Source: Salpingoeca rosetta (Eukaryota; Protista; Choanoflagellata). From it: a DNA stretch of 63,827 nt. A program made the position numbers and the translations under genes. The stretch's first letter is position 1, and the number at the start of each line of letters is the position of its first letter. Under the pieces are notes generated by a model. It ran no database searches. It was not told the origin of the DNA and was given only the letters and a program-made list of their open reading frames with translations. Of the stretch, positions 42,365 through 59,647 are shown in pieces. The stretch spans positions 564,442 to 628,268 of the forward strand of contig JAWQFM010000002.1 of the NCBI GenBank assembly GCA_033442325.1, given 5' to 3'.

Positions 42365-42755
42365 CGTGCTGTGGTATGTTGTGGTGGTTGTTTGTGTTTT
42401 TGTGTGTGTCTGTCATATTGCCAGCTCCCTGCTCACCTTGCTGTTCTCGTTGTCCTTGTCTTCCTCCAGCAACATCGTGGCTGTCTTCCATCGTCTCATG
42501 CTGATCGTCTGTGGGATCGTTTACATCCGGGTTGTTGTTGTCATCGTCGTCATGGTCGTCAGCATGCTGCCGTGGTGGTGGTGGTTGCTGGCGTGCGTCA
42601 CGTTGAGCATCCAGCGTTGATGGTGGGCGGGGTGTACGGTGGTTGGCGGCTTCGCGCTGTGCGTGAGTCGGCTTGGGTTGCGCTTCCTGGTTTGGGTGCT
42701 GGGTCGGCGGCGGGCTGACGACGTCGTCTCGGTGACCGCGGTTCGGGTTCAGCAT
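40047..42755 (-). CDS. Intronless ~900-aa low-complexity protein (polyQ, acidic and Arg-rich tracts) with one C-terminal transmembrane helix; unknown family
   Basis: A 2.7-kb stop-free frame lacking CA/GT intron-type repeats. TM segment IACAVVVVLLVVLLLSLMF is followed by a ~90-aa ordered tail. Probable start MLNPNRG at 42755. Confidence 0.75.
42275..42363 (-). repeat. (CAA)n coding repeat (polyQ) in the orphan membrane protein
   Basis: Perfect ttg run on the + strand, in frame as QQQQ on the minus strand. Confidence 0.92.
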
Positions 42756-43508
42756 TTGCTGCGCGCTTGTGTGTATGTACGTGGATGTGGGGGTGGAAAG
42801 TGAAGCGGGCACGTGCACAAGAAGGGTTGACTCGGGAAATGGTGATACAGCAGGGTAAGCTGATGCTGATGATGATGATGATGAGGAGGAGGAGGAGGAG
42901 AAGAAGCTCAAGAACAACAAGAAGAAGAAGAAAGAAGGTGTGCGCACAGTGATGTGATGATGACGCTGGGGTGTCTGAATGACGATAGAGGGCGTGCGTG
43001 CAATGGGCGGAAATGTCACACTGATGTGAAGAAGAACCAAGCAAGCAAGCAAGCAAGCAAGAAGGTCTGACTGGCTGGTGAGAATGGGGAACTGGGTGGT
43101 GGTGTTGTGAATGAGTGGTACGGCACCACTACAAAGGAGCGGCGTCACATCATGTCACATGATGCAGCAACAACAACAATGCCGTGTAACAGTGGTGGTG
43201 TGGGAAACCAAAGACGTGCGTTGTTGTTGCGTTCGCTCGTGTTTGTTTTTGCTTTGTTTTGTGTGGGAGTTTCCGCGCTCGCGAACTTCGCGATGTTGAT
43301 GACATATTCGATGCATCGATATGGTGGCGTTGGTGTGTACTCGCGACAACGGGAAAGAAAGAGACAACGAGCAAGGACACGCGTGACACGCTCACGCACA
43401 CGCACCGGCACACCACAGCAGCAGAAAAGGGCAAACTAGATTAGAAACGATCCTTCCATCAAACAAATAGGTCGTGCACCGACAGGGCACACGCGCAAGA
43501 CGCGGCGC

Positions 43509-45411
43509 CTACTGCTGGTAGGCAGGGTAGTCGGTGTAGTTGGCGCTGAGGGGCTTCTCTGGGTCGAGCGCAAACCACGTTGGCGGCGCCGCTGGCTCGG
43601 CAAGCGGCCAGTCGTTTGCAAACCGCTCAACAAGGTCCGGGTTCGGGATGAAGGGCCGGCCAAACGCAATAGCGTCCGCGTCGCCGTTGGCAATGGCCTT
43701 CTCCGCCGTCTCGGCCGTATAGCCGACGTTGCCAATGAGCACCGTCTCCTTGGGCAGCACCTCCCGGAACTCCTTGAGCGTCATTGGCTCGCCCAGCTCG
43801 TGGAAGCCAAAGCCAAGACCGTCCATCACATGCACGTACGCAAGCTTCTTCTGCAAGTTTGTTGGAGAGGCGCGAGTTCAGTACTTGGGTGTGAGTTATG
43901 TGACATTGTCATGTGCGTGTGTGCGTGCGTGTGTGTGTCTTGTGCTGGCAAGCAGTCAGTGGGTGACACGAACCTTGCCAAGCTCCGTTGCGACGTAGAG
44001 GTAGAGCTCGCGGTACTCGGGGGAACCCATATCACCAAAGGTGCCGTTGGGGGAAAGGCGCACGCCAACCTTCTCCTTGGGCAGGACCTGCGCGGTGCGG
44101 AGGGAAAAAGGGAATGGAGGAAAGAAGTGCATCGTTGTTGCTGTTACTGTTGCTGCATCATTGTTGCTGTTGCTGTTGGTCGCAAATAAATGCAGGCAAC
44201 GTACAAGCAGCCGTTGTGACCAACACCAAGAACACACACACACACACATATCAGCGCACATGCGTGCACATGGCCCACAGTCGCCCCTCCCTCTTTCTCA
44301 CTTTCCGTCTTGATTACGTACCGTGAGGACGGCCTCTGTGATCTCGTCAAGGAAGCGGTAGCGGTTCTCGATGGAGCCGCCATACTGGTCTGTGCGCTTG
44401 TTGGTCTTGGACTGCAGGAACTGGTCGGGGAGATAGCCGTTGGCCGCATGGATCTCAACGCCATCAAACCCGGCGGCAGCAGCCCGCTCAGCAGCCTTGC
44501 GGTAGTCCTGTTTGAGTTGAGTGAGGAGCAGGATCGCGTTCGTGCGTGCGTGTGGGGGTGTTTGTAAGCACAGTATCAGATGAGAATGTGAGAGACAAAC
44601 AGGTACGGGTGCAAGGGACATTGACTCTGAAAGCAGAAATAATTGTACGCACACACACACACACACACGACACACACGCATACCTCGATGGTCTCCTTGA
44701 TCTCGTCGAGAGTGAGAGGGCGGGGCTTCTCGTAAGGAACCTTGCCCTTTGATGTGTACAGACCGTCAGAGTTCTCAATCTCGACGTCAGATGCAGACAC
44801 AGGCTGCAGGTCGTGGAAGTCGGAGTGTGCCTGACGCCCTTGGTGCCACAGCTGCATGAAGATGCGGCCACCCTTGGCGTGCACAGCCTCAACGACAGGC
44901 TGCAAAACCAGGCATCACGGAGCACAAAAGAGGAGGGAGAGGAAAAGAGAAGAGAGAACAAAGGCGTGTTAACCGAGACAAAACTGTTGCGAGGGGTGGG
45001 GAGGTGGAAGAAGCACAAAACAAACAGTACACGTCGGCGTGTTGACACGACCCCCCTGCATACGCATGCACACGCGCTGTGGCGCACCTTCCAGGCCTCC
45101 TCCTGCTCGTCGGTGAAGATGGCTGGGACATTGAGCCAGCCAACGCCCTGCTTGGATGGGTGGACGCCCTCTGTGATGATGAGGCCGGCAGATGCGCGCT
45201 GGGCGTAGTACTTGGCAACCTCCTCGTTGGCAATCTGGCCGGGCCCGCGTCCACGCGTCATGGGCGCCATGAACACGCGGTTCTTCAGCTCAACACCGCC
45301 GAGGGTGAGGGGCTTCAGCAGGTTTGGGTACTGGAGTGGTGTGTGGGTGTGCGTGTAGGGGGGGGGGGGTAGAGGAGGGTTGAGCAGCGTTGCTAAGCAA
45401 GCGGGCAAGAA

Positions 45412-45463
<52 letters not shown>

Positions 45464-45558
45464 CACACACACACACACACGCAAGCACGCACACAACACA
45501 CACACGCACACACACACGCACGCACGCAGCACAAGCGCACACCCCACACCTTGCTCAT
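43509..45558 (-). CDS. Old Yellow Enzyme family NAD(P)H:flavin oxidoreductase (NemA/OPR-like), 6 exons
   Basis: LKNRVFMAPMTRGR, YYAQRASAGLIITEG, IFMQLWHQGR, GFDGVEIHAANGYL (catalytic H/N/Y), NKRTDQYGGSIENRYRF, GVRLSP, AFGRPFIPNPDLVER, YTDYP. Confidence 0.96.
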
Positions 45559-46046
45559 ATTGGCTGATTGGTCCCTTTTGATTTGCTTCTTCTTGCTTGG
45601 TGTGTGGGTGCTGTTGGCTAGTAGGTAGCTGGTGGCGGTCGCGGAAAATGAACACGAGTGAGGTTGAGACACCAGCGCTGCCACATTGCGTCGTTGGCCC
45701 AAGCCCTTGCTTCTTTTTGTTGCTTCGTGATGCTCGTCACATGACCAAATCCGAAATATTGCCGTATCTTCCTTTAATAGCAACATGTGATGTCATCGCG
45801 GTCACCTCGTTTCTTCGTCTTTTGTTGCTGTGGGTGTGTGGTGCACACGTGTACATGACAGAATGTTCTTGAGCGTGGGTTGTGGGGCAGCTTCGTGGCG
45901 TCAACTCCCATCATCCTTGGCGATAATTGCAAAACGGTCGTGTGCATCAAATCATGTGATGGTTCTCGCGGAAGACAGAGTGATATGGTGTGACATGTGA
46001 CATGAACACAGCAAGCACACACACAGACACACATGCACACGCACAT

Positions 46047-46085
<39 letters not shown>

Positions 46086-46104
46086 CGCACGCACGGCCTC
46101 CTCT

Positions 46105-47284
46105 CTATCCTTCCAGCAGGAACTGCATTTGGCGGAGGAAGCCTTGTTTGAACTGCTCCTCACTGAACCGCTTCGTCACACTCTCCCGCGCCCTCGTCTG
46201 CTCGTACATGTGTGCGAGTGTGTGGGACGTGAGTTGAATGAGCGGGAGGCAGAAGGTGTGCGCGCGCGCGTGTGTGTGTGTGTGCATGTGTGTGTGGCTC
46301 CTCTTGTCCCTTGCCCCGCACGGTTCACCAATGTCTTGCCACACACACACACACACACGCACACACACACACACACGCACACACACATGTACACATAAAC
46401 GCACACGCGCTCTCCCACACCTGAATCTCGAGGCGCTGCTGCGGCGTCATGTTCAATATGGTGTGCATGTGTTCTGCATATTCTTCTGCTGTGGACGCCA
46501 GAAACCCGGTCGGTTTGCCGTCCGCAGGCAGCACAATGTCCCCTTGTGGACCGGCAGAATCGTGCGCCAGCGCAATTGCACTGTGCGCCGCCCACAGCAT
46601 GAACGAGGAACAGTCACATGAGCACCGCTCTGCCACACAACAAGGGATGCACACACACAGACACACGCACACGTACAATGAAGGCGCACATAAATATAAA
46701 CACACACACGAAGGTGCGCGCATAAACATACACACAACACACGTGATAGCAAGCAAGTTGGCAACTCACCCTGCAGCCATAAACTCCACGACGCCGATGC
46801 CAAAGTGCTCGTCCTTCATCGTGTGCAGGCCAATGAGGGCGCGGCCCAGCCATTCTTGCAGCTCCTACCAAAAAAAAAAAAAAAACACACACACAGGGGT
46901 CATGAAATGCGAGTGTGCGTGTGCATATGCGAGGTTGTGCACGTGTGTGGGTGTGTCAGTCAGTGAGTGCTTGCACGGATGTATGTGTGCGTGTGTGTGC
47001 AAAGACGTGAGAGCGTGGGGGCGTGCACATGTGTACAAGAGTACGTCAATGCAGCACCGCTACGGTGGCAGCTGTGATCCACATCAAACAGGGCGCAAGC
47101 TACATGCATGTCCACCTCGTATGTCACATTGGTTCGAATCTGGAAGTCTTCTTCCTCCTGTCACAGCAACACACGCAAGAGAGAGAGAGAGAGAGTGTGT
47201 GTGTGTGCATTTGCGTGCATGCGTGCATTTGCGTGCATGCGTGCATTTGCGTGCATGCGTGCATTTGCGTGCATGCGTGCGTGC

Positions 47285-47365
<81 letters not shown>

Positions 47366-48733
47366 CGTTGCTCTCACTCGCAGCACGCATACATGCACAA
47401 TCAACTGCACACGCAACACAACACACAAAGCACAACACACAAGACACAAGACACAACACGCGACACACAACACACGATACACACAAACACACATATACAC
47501 ACAGTACACACACACTCGGTACACCATACACAACACAACACACACGCAACACAACACATAAAACACATGACCAACCTTGCCGCGGCCGTGTGTGTCGATA
47601 AACGCCTTGAGGGCACGCAGCTGTAGCGCGTGGTTCTTCTCTGGGCGAAACTGGGCTACGGAGACAACCACGTTCTGGCGCCCAGCGAGCGGCAGGCTGG
47701 TCAGCTGCGACACGTCGCATGGCGGGTACACGATGGACGCCGTGTTGTACGCGCCCCACCACAGCGCGTCAATGTGGTTGTAAGTCCACGTGGAGTTGCA
47801 CATGGCAGCAGAGGCCGCGCCGCCCACCATGCCGTAGATGAAGGCGAAGATGCGGTAGTACCACAGCTTTACCGTGGACAGCGTCGCTGACGCGCTGACG
47901 CTGTCGGTGTTGTTGAAGTCCTGCTCGCGCTTCGCCACCTTCTGAAGCATGTCTGTGCTGATGGTCGGGTAGTGCACGTACGCCGCCGCGGGGCACATGC
48001 CCAGCCCCGCAAACAGCGGCAGCACAAACGCATACCCCATGGTGTCGATAAACACGTCCGGCACGTGTGCAAGCAGCGCCTCTACCCCCATGAGCATGGA
48101 CGCCAGGCTCTGCATGAGCATGGTGAAGCGCGGGTACAGCTCCGCCTCCACCAGCGGCCGCGTGCGCAGGAACACAAACGTCACGCGCCGCTGGTCAACC
48201 TCCACGCCAAACCGCAGCCGCGCCTTGGCCAGGATCTGCTCCGAGGACGCGTCCGTGTCGCCCGTGTACACGATGCAGTGGTAGTGCGGGTACTCCTCGC
48301 ACACGGCGTTGATGGCGGACCACAGCACCCTCTCGCCGCCGCCGCCGGCGTTGCAATACGGGTGGAAGAAGGCCAGCGTCTTTGTGGCGCGTGTGGCGGC
48401 GCCGCGACCGCTGCGCTTGGCCTTGTCCTGTGCCGTGGCCGTCGTCTTATGCTTGATGTCACGCTGGCATGCGTCATGAGCAGGGGATCGTGTGCGCAAG
48501 AAGCGGAGCAGTGCCCGCAACGCGGGCGGGGTGCCTGCGCCGACGAGCAGCGCGGATGCGGCGGTGACCTCGAGGGCGATCAGGGTTGCGCTGAATGTAG
48601 CGCTGCCCATGAGCCAGAACAGCGCCGCCGCGACAGTCAAGACGGGGATGGCCGCCACCAACGGCACCACAACCAGGCATGCTCCCAAGATCACCGTCAC
48701 GACCAACAACGGCACACCAGGCACACTCGGCAT
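46105..48733 (-). CDS. ALG11: GDP-Man:Man3GlcNAc2-PP-Dol alpha-1,2-mannosyltransferase
   Basis: [90 protein letters not shown]. About 30 aa expected between two exons is not visible. Confidence 0.95.
47205..47277. repeat. 18-bp minisatellite (GTGCATTTGCGTGCATGC), ~4 copies, in an ALG11 intron
   Basis: Direct tandem copies adjacent to a (GT)n tract. Confidence 0.85.
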
Positions 48734-49152
48734 CCCTGCGTCCGTGTGTGTCTGTGTGCGTCTGTGTACGTCTGTGTACGTCTGTGTGGATGGGTGTGTG
48801 GATGCGTGCGTGTGTGGATGGGTGTGTATGTGTACGAGAGAGATAGGGTGAGCGTCTGTGCTGGGGATGTCGCCTTGAATTGTCTCCTCTCGTCAGCGCT
48901 TTTCGCTGCTTCTTGCTTCGTTCGTTGTTGATGTTGGTTGATTGCATTTTTTTCGCATGGGCAGTCGTGTTGTTGATGCCTTGCCTTGCCTTGCCTTCTG
49001 AGCTTGCCTCTGATCGACCAGCCCAATCGACAGGGCCGTATCCGCAAGCAGCACAGCACAGCACAGTACAGCACAGCACAGCACAGCACAGCGCATATTG
49101 CACTACTGTGTGTGGCTCTCGCTAATCACGGGTGAAGCAGGAGGAGCCGGCC

Positions 49153-52653
<3,501 letters not shown>

Positions 52654-52710
52654 GCATAACGGAATTTTAGTAGCGCCATCCATAATCTTCTGCAGTGTTG
52701 TGGCAGCACG

Positions 52711-53605
52711 ATGGCGGACAACAACAAGACGACGAAGAACAGCCAAGACGACGATGGCGAGCGTGGGCGATGTGATAAGCTCGCTCGCAAGCTGGTCAAG
52801 GCACTAGTTGAGGTGAAGGGCGTGGAGGGAGCGGAGCAGCGGTTGAGTGAGTTGTTGGCACAAGTTCGAGCCGAGAAGAAGAGTAAACGCAAGCAATCCA
52901 AAGAAGAAGAACAGAGCGACCGCAGGAAGGAAAAGAGCAAGAAGAAGAAGAAGGAGAAAAGCAAGAAGCGCGAGGAAGAGGATGCTGGAACGAAGGCCAA
53001 GGAAGAGGACAAGCCACAGCCTGACAGTGACAGTGCAATGAGCGAGAAGGCAAACAGCAAGAAGAAATCGAAGAAGGAGGACAAGAAGAAACGCGCGAAC
53101 TCATCAAAGGAGGAGAAGACAGCGGATGACGGTAGTGCATCTGAAGAGAACACACGAAAGAAGGCCAAGCAAGCACCTGCTGCATCCGGCAACGATGACG
53201 CTGGGTACTGGCAGCAAGCCAACCTTGGATCGGATGCCCGCAAGTCCAAATTCCTGCGGCTCATGGGTGCAGGCAAGAAAAAGGACGCCGCAGCCGCCTC
53301 CACCAGGAACGTCGACGTCAACAAAGGTGTGTGTGTGTGTGTGCGTGTGCATGCATTTGCACGTGCTGTGCTCTACTGTGTGCACGCGCACTTGCATGTA
53401 CACTGCCGTGGCGCAGACTGTCGTCCTCGCACTTTTCGTCAACGAGATGTTCGCCTCGCCCCAGATGCACATGCTCACACGCACGCACGCACACGCTTGC
53501 ACTGCTGTAGGATCGGCGATTAACCAGCAGCTGGAGCAGCAGTTTGAGCGTGCGCGGCAGATGCAGCACAGGCGTGGCGGTGGCCGCACTGGTTTCTCCT
53601 CGTAA
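52711..53605 (+). CDS. Lysine-rich protein with C-terminal SMAP (small acidic protein-like) domain, KNOP1-like; 2 exons
   Basis: K/E-rich region, then WQQANLGSDARKSKFLRLMGAGK...INQQLEQQFERAR...GRTGF. Confidence 0.82.
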
Positions 53606-54104
53606 CGCCATCACGAAAGTTCTCATGTGTCGAATTGTGCCTCTGCCTCCCCTCCTCCTCCTTTGTGGTGATGATGATCGTGTCTTTTGACTGCTCTCCT
53701 GTTTTGTGGTTGACTTCATAGCTGTAGGTGTTTGTCCCATTCATGTATGGAAGCTTGCATGCGTGAGGGGTTGTGTGAGTGTGTGCAAGCGCACATGTGA
53801 CGTATTAAAGACACAAGCTCCTCAACCACTTGAATGCACTTCTGTACTGCATTAGACTTGCAGGGAGCACAGTTCAAAACACACACACGGTCAGTTCGAT
53901 ATCTGTACGTGCACCAATGCACAACAACACAGCACGCACATGTACATCAATACAGAAACAAGCACTCTTGCACACACGTAGAGGCTGTAACAAATATGAA
54001 GAACGCATTCACGTGTGCACATTCAGCGTTGGAAAGACACGAAAACGAGAGAAGTATTTGCATGCGTGGGCGACTTGACGTAACAGCACACACACACACA
54101 AGCA

Positions 54105-54189
<85 letters not shown>

Positions 54190-54220
54190 GTACACACACA
54201 TTCAACAACACATACGCGTG

Positions 54221-54445
54221 CTACTTGCTGCCTGTGGTGATCTTGGTGATGGGGATGGTCTTGGTTGGCTTGGCGGGGGCAAACGTGCCGTAGACATATG
54301 TAGAGGCGATGACGAGGAGAGCGCCAAACCCAAAGCGCGACGTCACAACAAAGTCGAGATACAGCGCAGACACAATCGAGGACAGGATGATGGAGATGGA
54401 CGTGGCAAACCCCTGGAGCGTATCGTGCAGCCGCGTGTGCATGGG

Positions 54446-54509
<64 letters not shown>

Positions 54510-54520
54510 GTGTGTGATGC

Positions 54521-54551
<31 letters not shown>

Positions 54552-54809
54552 ATGTGAGCATGGGTGCAATGGAGGGGAGAGAGTGAGTGAGTGAGTGTGT
54601 GTGTGTGTGTGTGTGAGAGACAGAGAGAGAAGAGCACTTGGTGTGTGAGCAGCAGGCTCAACCAACAAAAGCAGCTGGCATGTCACGTCACAGTCTGGTG
54701 CACCTTTAGAATGTTGTCGGCGTACTTGACAACAACAGCCACAATCAATCCCCCAAATGCCTGCAAGACCACAAAGTGGTGACGAGCACGGCAAGAGAGC
54801 GAAGGTGTG

Positions 54810-54879
<70 letters not shown>

Positions 54880-55110
54880 GTGTGTGTGTGTCAGAGTGTT
54901 TGGCGACACCCGTAGAAGACATGCGTGCGAAGGCAGAAATCACAACAACAGACTGACAGCAGGGTGCCACTTTTCATGAGAATCATACCTGCAACGAGAT
55001 GGCAATGTATGCCTCCTTGTTGTACCCGTACAGAAAGCCTTGCTTCATCACTGCAAGGGGGGAAAGCAACGACAATAGCACGCGATTAGGCTGGGTACGA
55101 TGACGACAAC

Positions 55111-55197
<87 letters not shown>

Positions 55198-56613
55198 ACC
55201 TCTGTCATAGTGTGAGTAGAGGACGCTGGAGAGGGCGATGATGACACCCATGCCTGCAAGCTGCACGTTGAGCACCCACACGCCAGCCGTCTCACCCTTC
55301 AGCACCTTCTCAAAGTACACGCCAGCGAAGCCTGCACACACGCACGCGCAACGGTCAACATGAACACAATGCAGTCGTGTGAAGGTGGCGGTGCTTGTGT
55401 CGATGGCATCAAGCTCTCATCTGAGGTCCACACACATGCTCACGGGATCAAAGGCATGCCCGCACATGCACCACACCACACCACATGACATGACGCCACA
55501 CCACGCAACACCACGCAGCAGCAAGCAGCAGCACGAGTGACGACGAACCGCTGGAGAAGCAGGCTGTGACGACCATGATAAGACCCATAAAGCGCTCGGC
55601 AATCGAGTGCTCGTCCTCAGTCTCTGCGGTGGTGATGGTGGTGACAACTGTGATTGCCATGGTTGTGGAAGGCCATCCTCGTGCGGTGCATGCATGCATG
55701 CATGCAGACAAACACATGTGCACGTGTGTAGTGCGGGAGCGAGCGGGTACCTGAGTCGGGCATTTGGATGAGCGCAACACCAGCCGTCAGCATCACCTAT
55801 TGGCGAGCGAAGCAGTCAGGGCACACCGCGCCATGTGAGGTGGTGGTGGTGGTGGTGGTGGTGATGGTAGACATAGAAGCAACGCGCAGTGGCTATTGCG
55901 GCTGGTACTACGCACAGACACAGACACTGGGTTGCACACATGAACATATACAACATGCAAACCATGCAAGCACGCACACAAAGCCATGCACACACGCACA
56001 CACAGCCACACACATGCACACACACACACAGCCACACAGCCATGCACGCACACGCACGCACACTCGCGCGCGTCAAGTCACGTACGAGGGAGATCCACTG
56101 CATGAGGGAGAGGCGTTTGCCCAAGAGGACGACAGCGAAGAGGGCGGTGGTGAGCACCTTGAGCTGGTACGTCACCTGGAACGTGGCTGCATCCAGATAC
56201 GTCACGGCCATGTACTGCAGCGTGTTCTGTTGTTGACAGCAGCACGTGTTCGTGGCGGGTAGCGCCAAATACAGCGCAGCATGCGGTGGTGTGTCATGTG
56301 GGAAGTGAGATGCATGCGTGCATGTACGCGCAAGGCAATGGCCACAAGAACCCACAAGAACAAGGGGGTATTGTGTGAGCACCGCCAAGATTACTGAGCA
56401 TGTCACGATGTCGTCCGCCCCTGCACGACGCTGGTGTGTGCGTGACAAGCATACCTGTAGTGTGTACAGGCCCGCAGGAACCATGATCTTGAGCGTCGTG
56501 ATGGGCTGCCCGATGATGTCCGTGTGTAGCCTCTGCAAGGGATACGGTGTGCCGCAACAACCCAAGAACGAGCGTGAGCAGGTTGATTAGGGGTGTGCAT
56601 GTGTGTGTGTGTT

Positions 56614-56652
<39 letters not shown>

Positions 56653-57805
56653 TGTGTTCAGTGTGTGTCTGTGTTCAGTGTGTGTGTGTGTCTGTGTTCA
56701 GTGTGTCTGTGTTCAGTGTGTGTGTGTGTTCAGTGTGCGTGTGTCTGTGTGTCTGTCTGCGTGTTCAGTGTGTCTGTCTGCGTGTTCAGTGTGTCCATGT
56801 GTGTTTGTGTTCATGCACAGCGTAAGGTGCGTTGCAAGCGAGCACAGGATGAGAGGGTGGGCGCGCACCCGAAGCATGCCGATGGGCCCGCCCTCTTGGA
56901 TGGCGATCAGTAGAAGGGAGCTCAGCAACTTGAACGATTCCGCCAGCACGACCGCTGTTCCTGGAAGATAGAGTGTTTCATTATCGCCTCGCTGTATCCC
57001 AAGCGAACAGAAGGGCACAATCACCACACACACAAGAAGGAGGAGGAGGAGGAGGAGGAGGAGGAGGAGGAGGAGGAGGAGGAGGAGGAGGAGGAGGAGG
57101 AGGAGGAGTGGAATCAGGAGGCGGCATGATGAGGAGTGGCACAAAGATGGAACACGCTCACGTGCACATGCACAAGCACAACCGTCTATACACATAGGCG
57201 CGCACACGCACACACACACACGCACACACACGTACACATACGTACAGACAAACGAGCACACACACACACACACGCATGCATGCATGCATGCATACATGCG
57301 ACAACTCGTGCACGTACCGCGCGAGAGGCTCTCAGCATGAGATACAATGCAGAGTTCTGCACAACCAGGATGACCAAACTGGCATACTTGATGGGTATGC
57401 CACAGATGCTCGCTGTGTAATGTGCATGTGCATGGGTGCCACACAAGAGTGGGTGTGGCAGTGGGGAAAGGTCAACACAAACGGAGCAAGCCACACCGTC
57501 GACACACACACAAGCGCACACAAGCAGACGAGGACGACCAAGCACACACACACACGACGACAAACACCCACTGGCAGCACAATTGCGGCTGTTGTTGTTT
57601 GTTGTTGTTGATGCTGTTACATTATCGCTTCGATCCTCCCTCCAAACTCCCCAACCTCACACACACAGAACACATGTCCCAAGCACTCCCATCCCGGACC
57701 ACTTCTTCCTCCTCCAGCCCAACTCATCCAACGTCAAGCACCATCCACCATCCATCCATCCACCATCCATTCAACCACTCAAGACTCACGGTCAGAGGCA
57801 GGCAT
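54221..57805 (-). CDS. SLC35A-family nucleotide-sugar transporter (UDP-Gal/UDP-GlcNAc type), multi-exon
   Basis: [38 protein letters not shown]...[62 protein letters not shown]. First exon is MPASD|gtgagt. Confidence 0.95.
57038..57107. repeat. (GGA)n/(TCC)n microsatellite in an SLC35A intron
   Basis: Perfect triplet run; forms a pyrimidine tract on the transcribed (minus) strand. Confidence 0.92.
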
Positions 57806-58034
57806 GGCGGCTTGTTCCCTTCTCAGTTCTCTTTGTTTTGCGCCCCAAGTGTGAATGCGCGACTGAATTCAGTCGCAGGACAACTCACCAGTGGTGTGCG
57901 CCCAGAACACACATCACCACCACCACTGGCAAGAAGCAAGCAAAGCAAAGCAAAGCAAAGAAGGGGGTTGTTTGTGTTTTGCGACCATCCATCGATCCAG
58001 TCAGGAAGGAAGGCAGGGCATACCCGCACCTGCG

Positions 58035-58069
<35 letters not shown>

Positions 58070-58176
58070 ACGCACGACATACACACACACACACACGACA
58101 CACGTGTCGCAGCACAAGCACAAGCCGCAGCAGCAGCAGCAGCAAGCAAGCAAGTGCGGACGTCAGGACAACCAGG

Positions 58177-59001
58177 ATGCCCCGTGCCATTGCCATTGAC
58201 GGCGGACTGGAGGAGTCATCAGGGACAGACTCGTTTCGCAGGCCAAAGCCAGTGGAGGTGCCAGACCTGGAGGCCATCTTCGAGGCAAAACGAGACGCCA
58301 TCAACTCAGATGAACTCAAGCACTTGCTTCTTCCCCCCAAAGATGAGATCAAGGTCCAGCCGATGCGATGATTGGGGGGGGGGGGAGTGTGTTAGTCGTG
58401 GTGGCAATTCTGCGTTGCCGTCGCTTTCGATTGTGCATGCATGTGTGTATGTGTGTGTGTGTGTGTGCGTGTGCCTCTGTGTGTGTCTGTGCTTTTGGTG
58501 TTCGTCACAACACAACAACACAAACTACAACAAGGGTTGAATGTGCATGATGTGTGCTCACATCACTTCCCGTTTCTTCCATGCAGGTGCAAGACATTGA
58601 GCGACTGTCACGCACGATTGACTCCTCCGTACCAGAGAACACCTACGAACAAACAAACGACCTGTTTGCTCGCAAGGTCGGAGTTACCGTGTCTTTACAC
58701 CTGTGTGTGTGTGTGTGTGTGACATGTGAACGCGTTGTGGCCTGTTCTCACCAACACGTTCTCTGATCTTGTCTGTTTCGCCGCCGTTTCCATAGTGCAT
58801 CGAGTTTTACAGTGGAGGCTGGAACATTGTCGAGCGCAAGGATGAAGGAGATCGCGTGCCATCGCCAACGTGGGTGCCTCACAGTGTGCATTTGTGCATG
58901 TGTGTTCGTGTGTGCATAAGCGTTTATTGCCTCTTGTGTGCGGCAACCCAGCCCCAACTTGTGTGCACATTCCAACGGAATGTCTCACCCACGCACTTGT
59001 C

Positions 59002-59083
<82 letters not shown>

Positions 59084-59578
59084 GTCTCCAAATTCAGGCT
59101 GGTCCCGCTTGTGTATGAGTCGGACCTCAAACACGCTCACAAATCGTCAGCGGTGCGTTGTGTTTCACATGTCTGTGTGTGTGTGTGCGTGTAATGCTTC
59201 TGCCGCTGCTTGAAGGCGCCCTAGCGCGCTTCTTCACTGTCGCACTGTTCTCCTTACATGTGGACACCACCACCACCACCACGTGCTGTCACGATGGGCA
59301 TTGCAGCAAGATCTGATGCATGAGCTGGCAAACATCAGCTCCAAGGAGATTCTCAACAGCAGTCTGCTGTGCTCCCGCGCAGAGAGCAGAGACACGAGCG
59401 ATACGCCGGTCAAGGGCCAAAAGAAGGTCAGCACACACATCCATGCACCGTGCAACGCACCTACCGGCATTGCACACCCACACACAAGCTCATGCTCGAG
59501 CACACAAACACAAACACACGTGCGCACACAAAAGTGCCGATGTACGCTCATCGCCGCCTCTCTCCACCGCAATCACAT

Positions 59579-59647
<69 letters not shown>

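Noticed and set aside
42756-43148. N-terminal extension of the 1033-aa ORF with an apparent hydrophobic or signal segment
   Set aside because: Built from simple repeats (CTT, TCC, TCA, GCTT) typical of UTR or promoter DNA. The ATG at 42755 is the more plausible start, though this is unproven.
47972-48931. Long antisense ORFs opposite ALG11, PILS, DOCK and SMAP exons (also 24041-24760, 62071-63012, 52569-53324)
   Set aside because: Expected shadows of GC-rich coding sequence, with no recognisable motifs.
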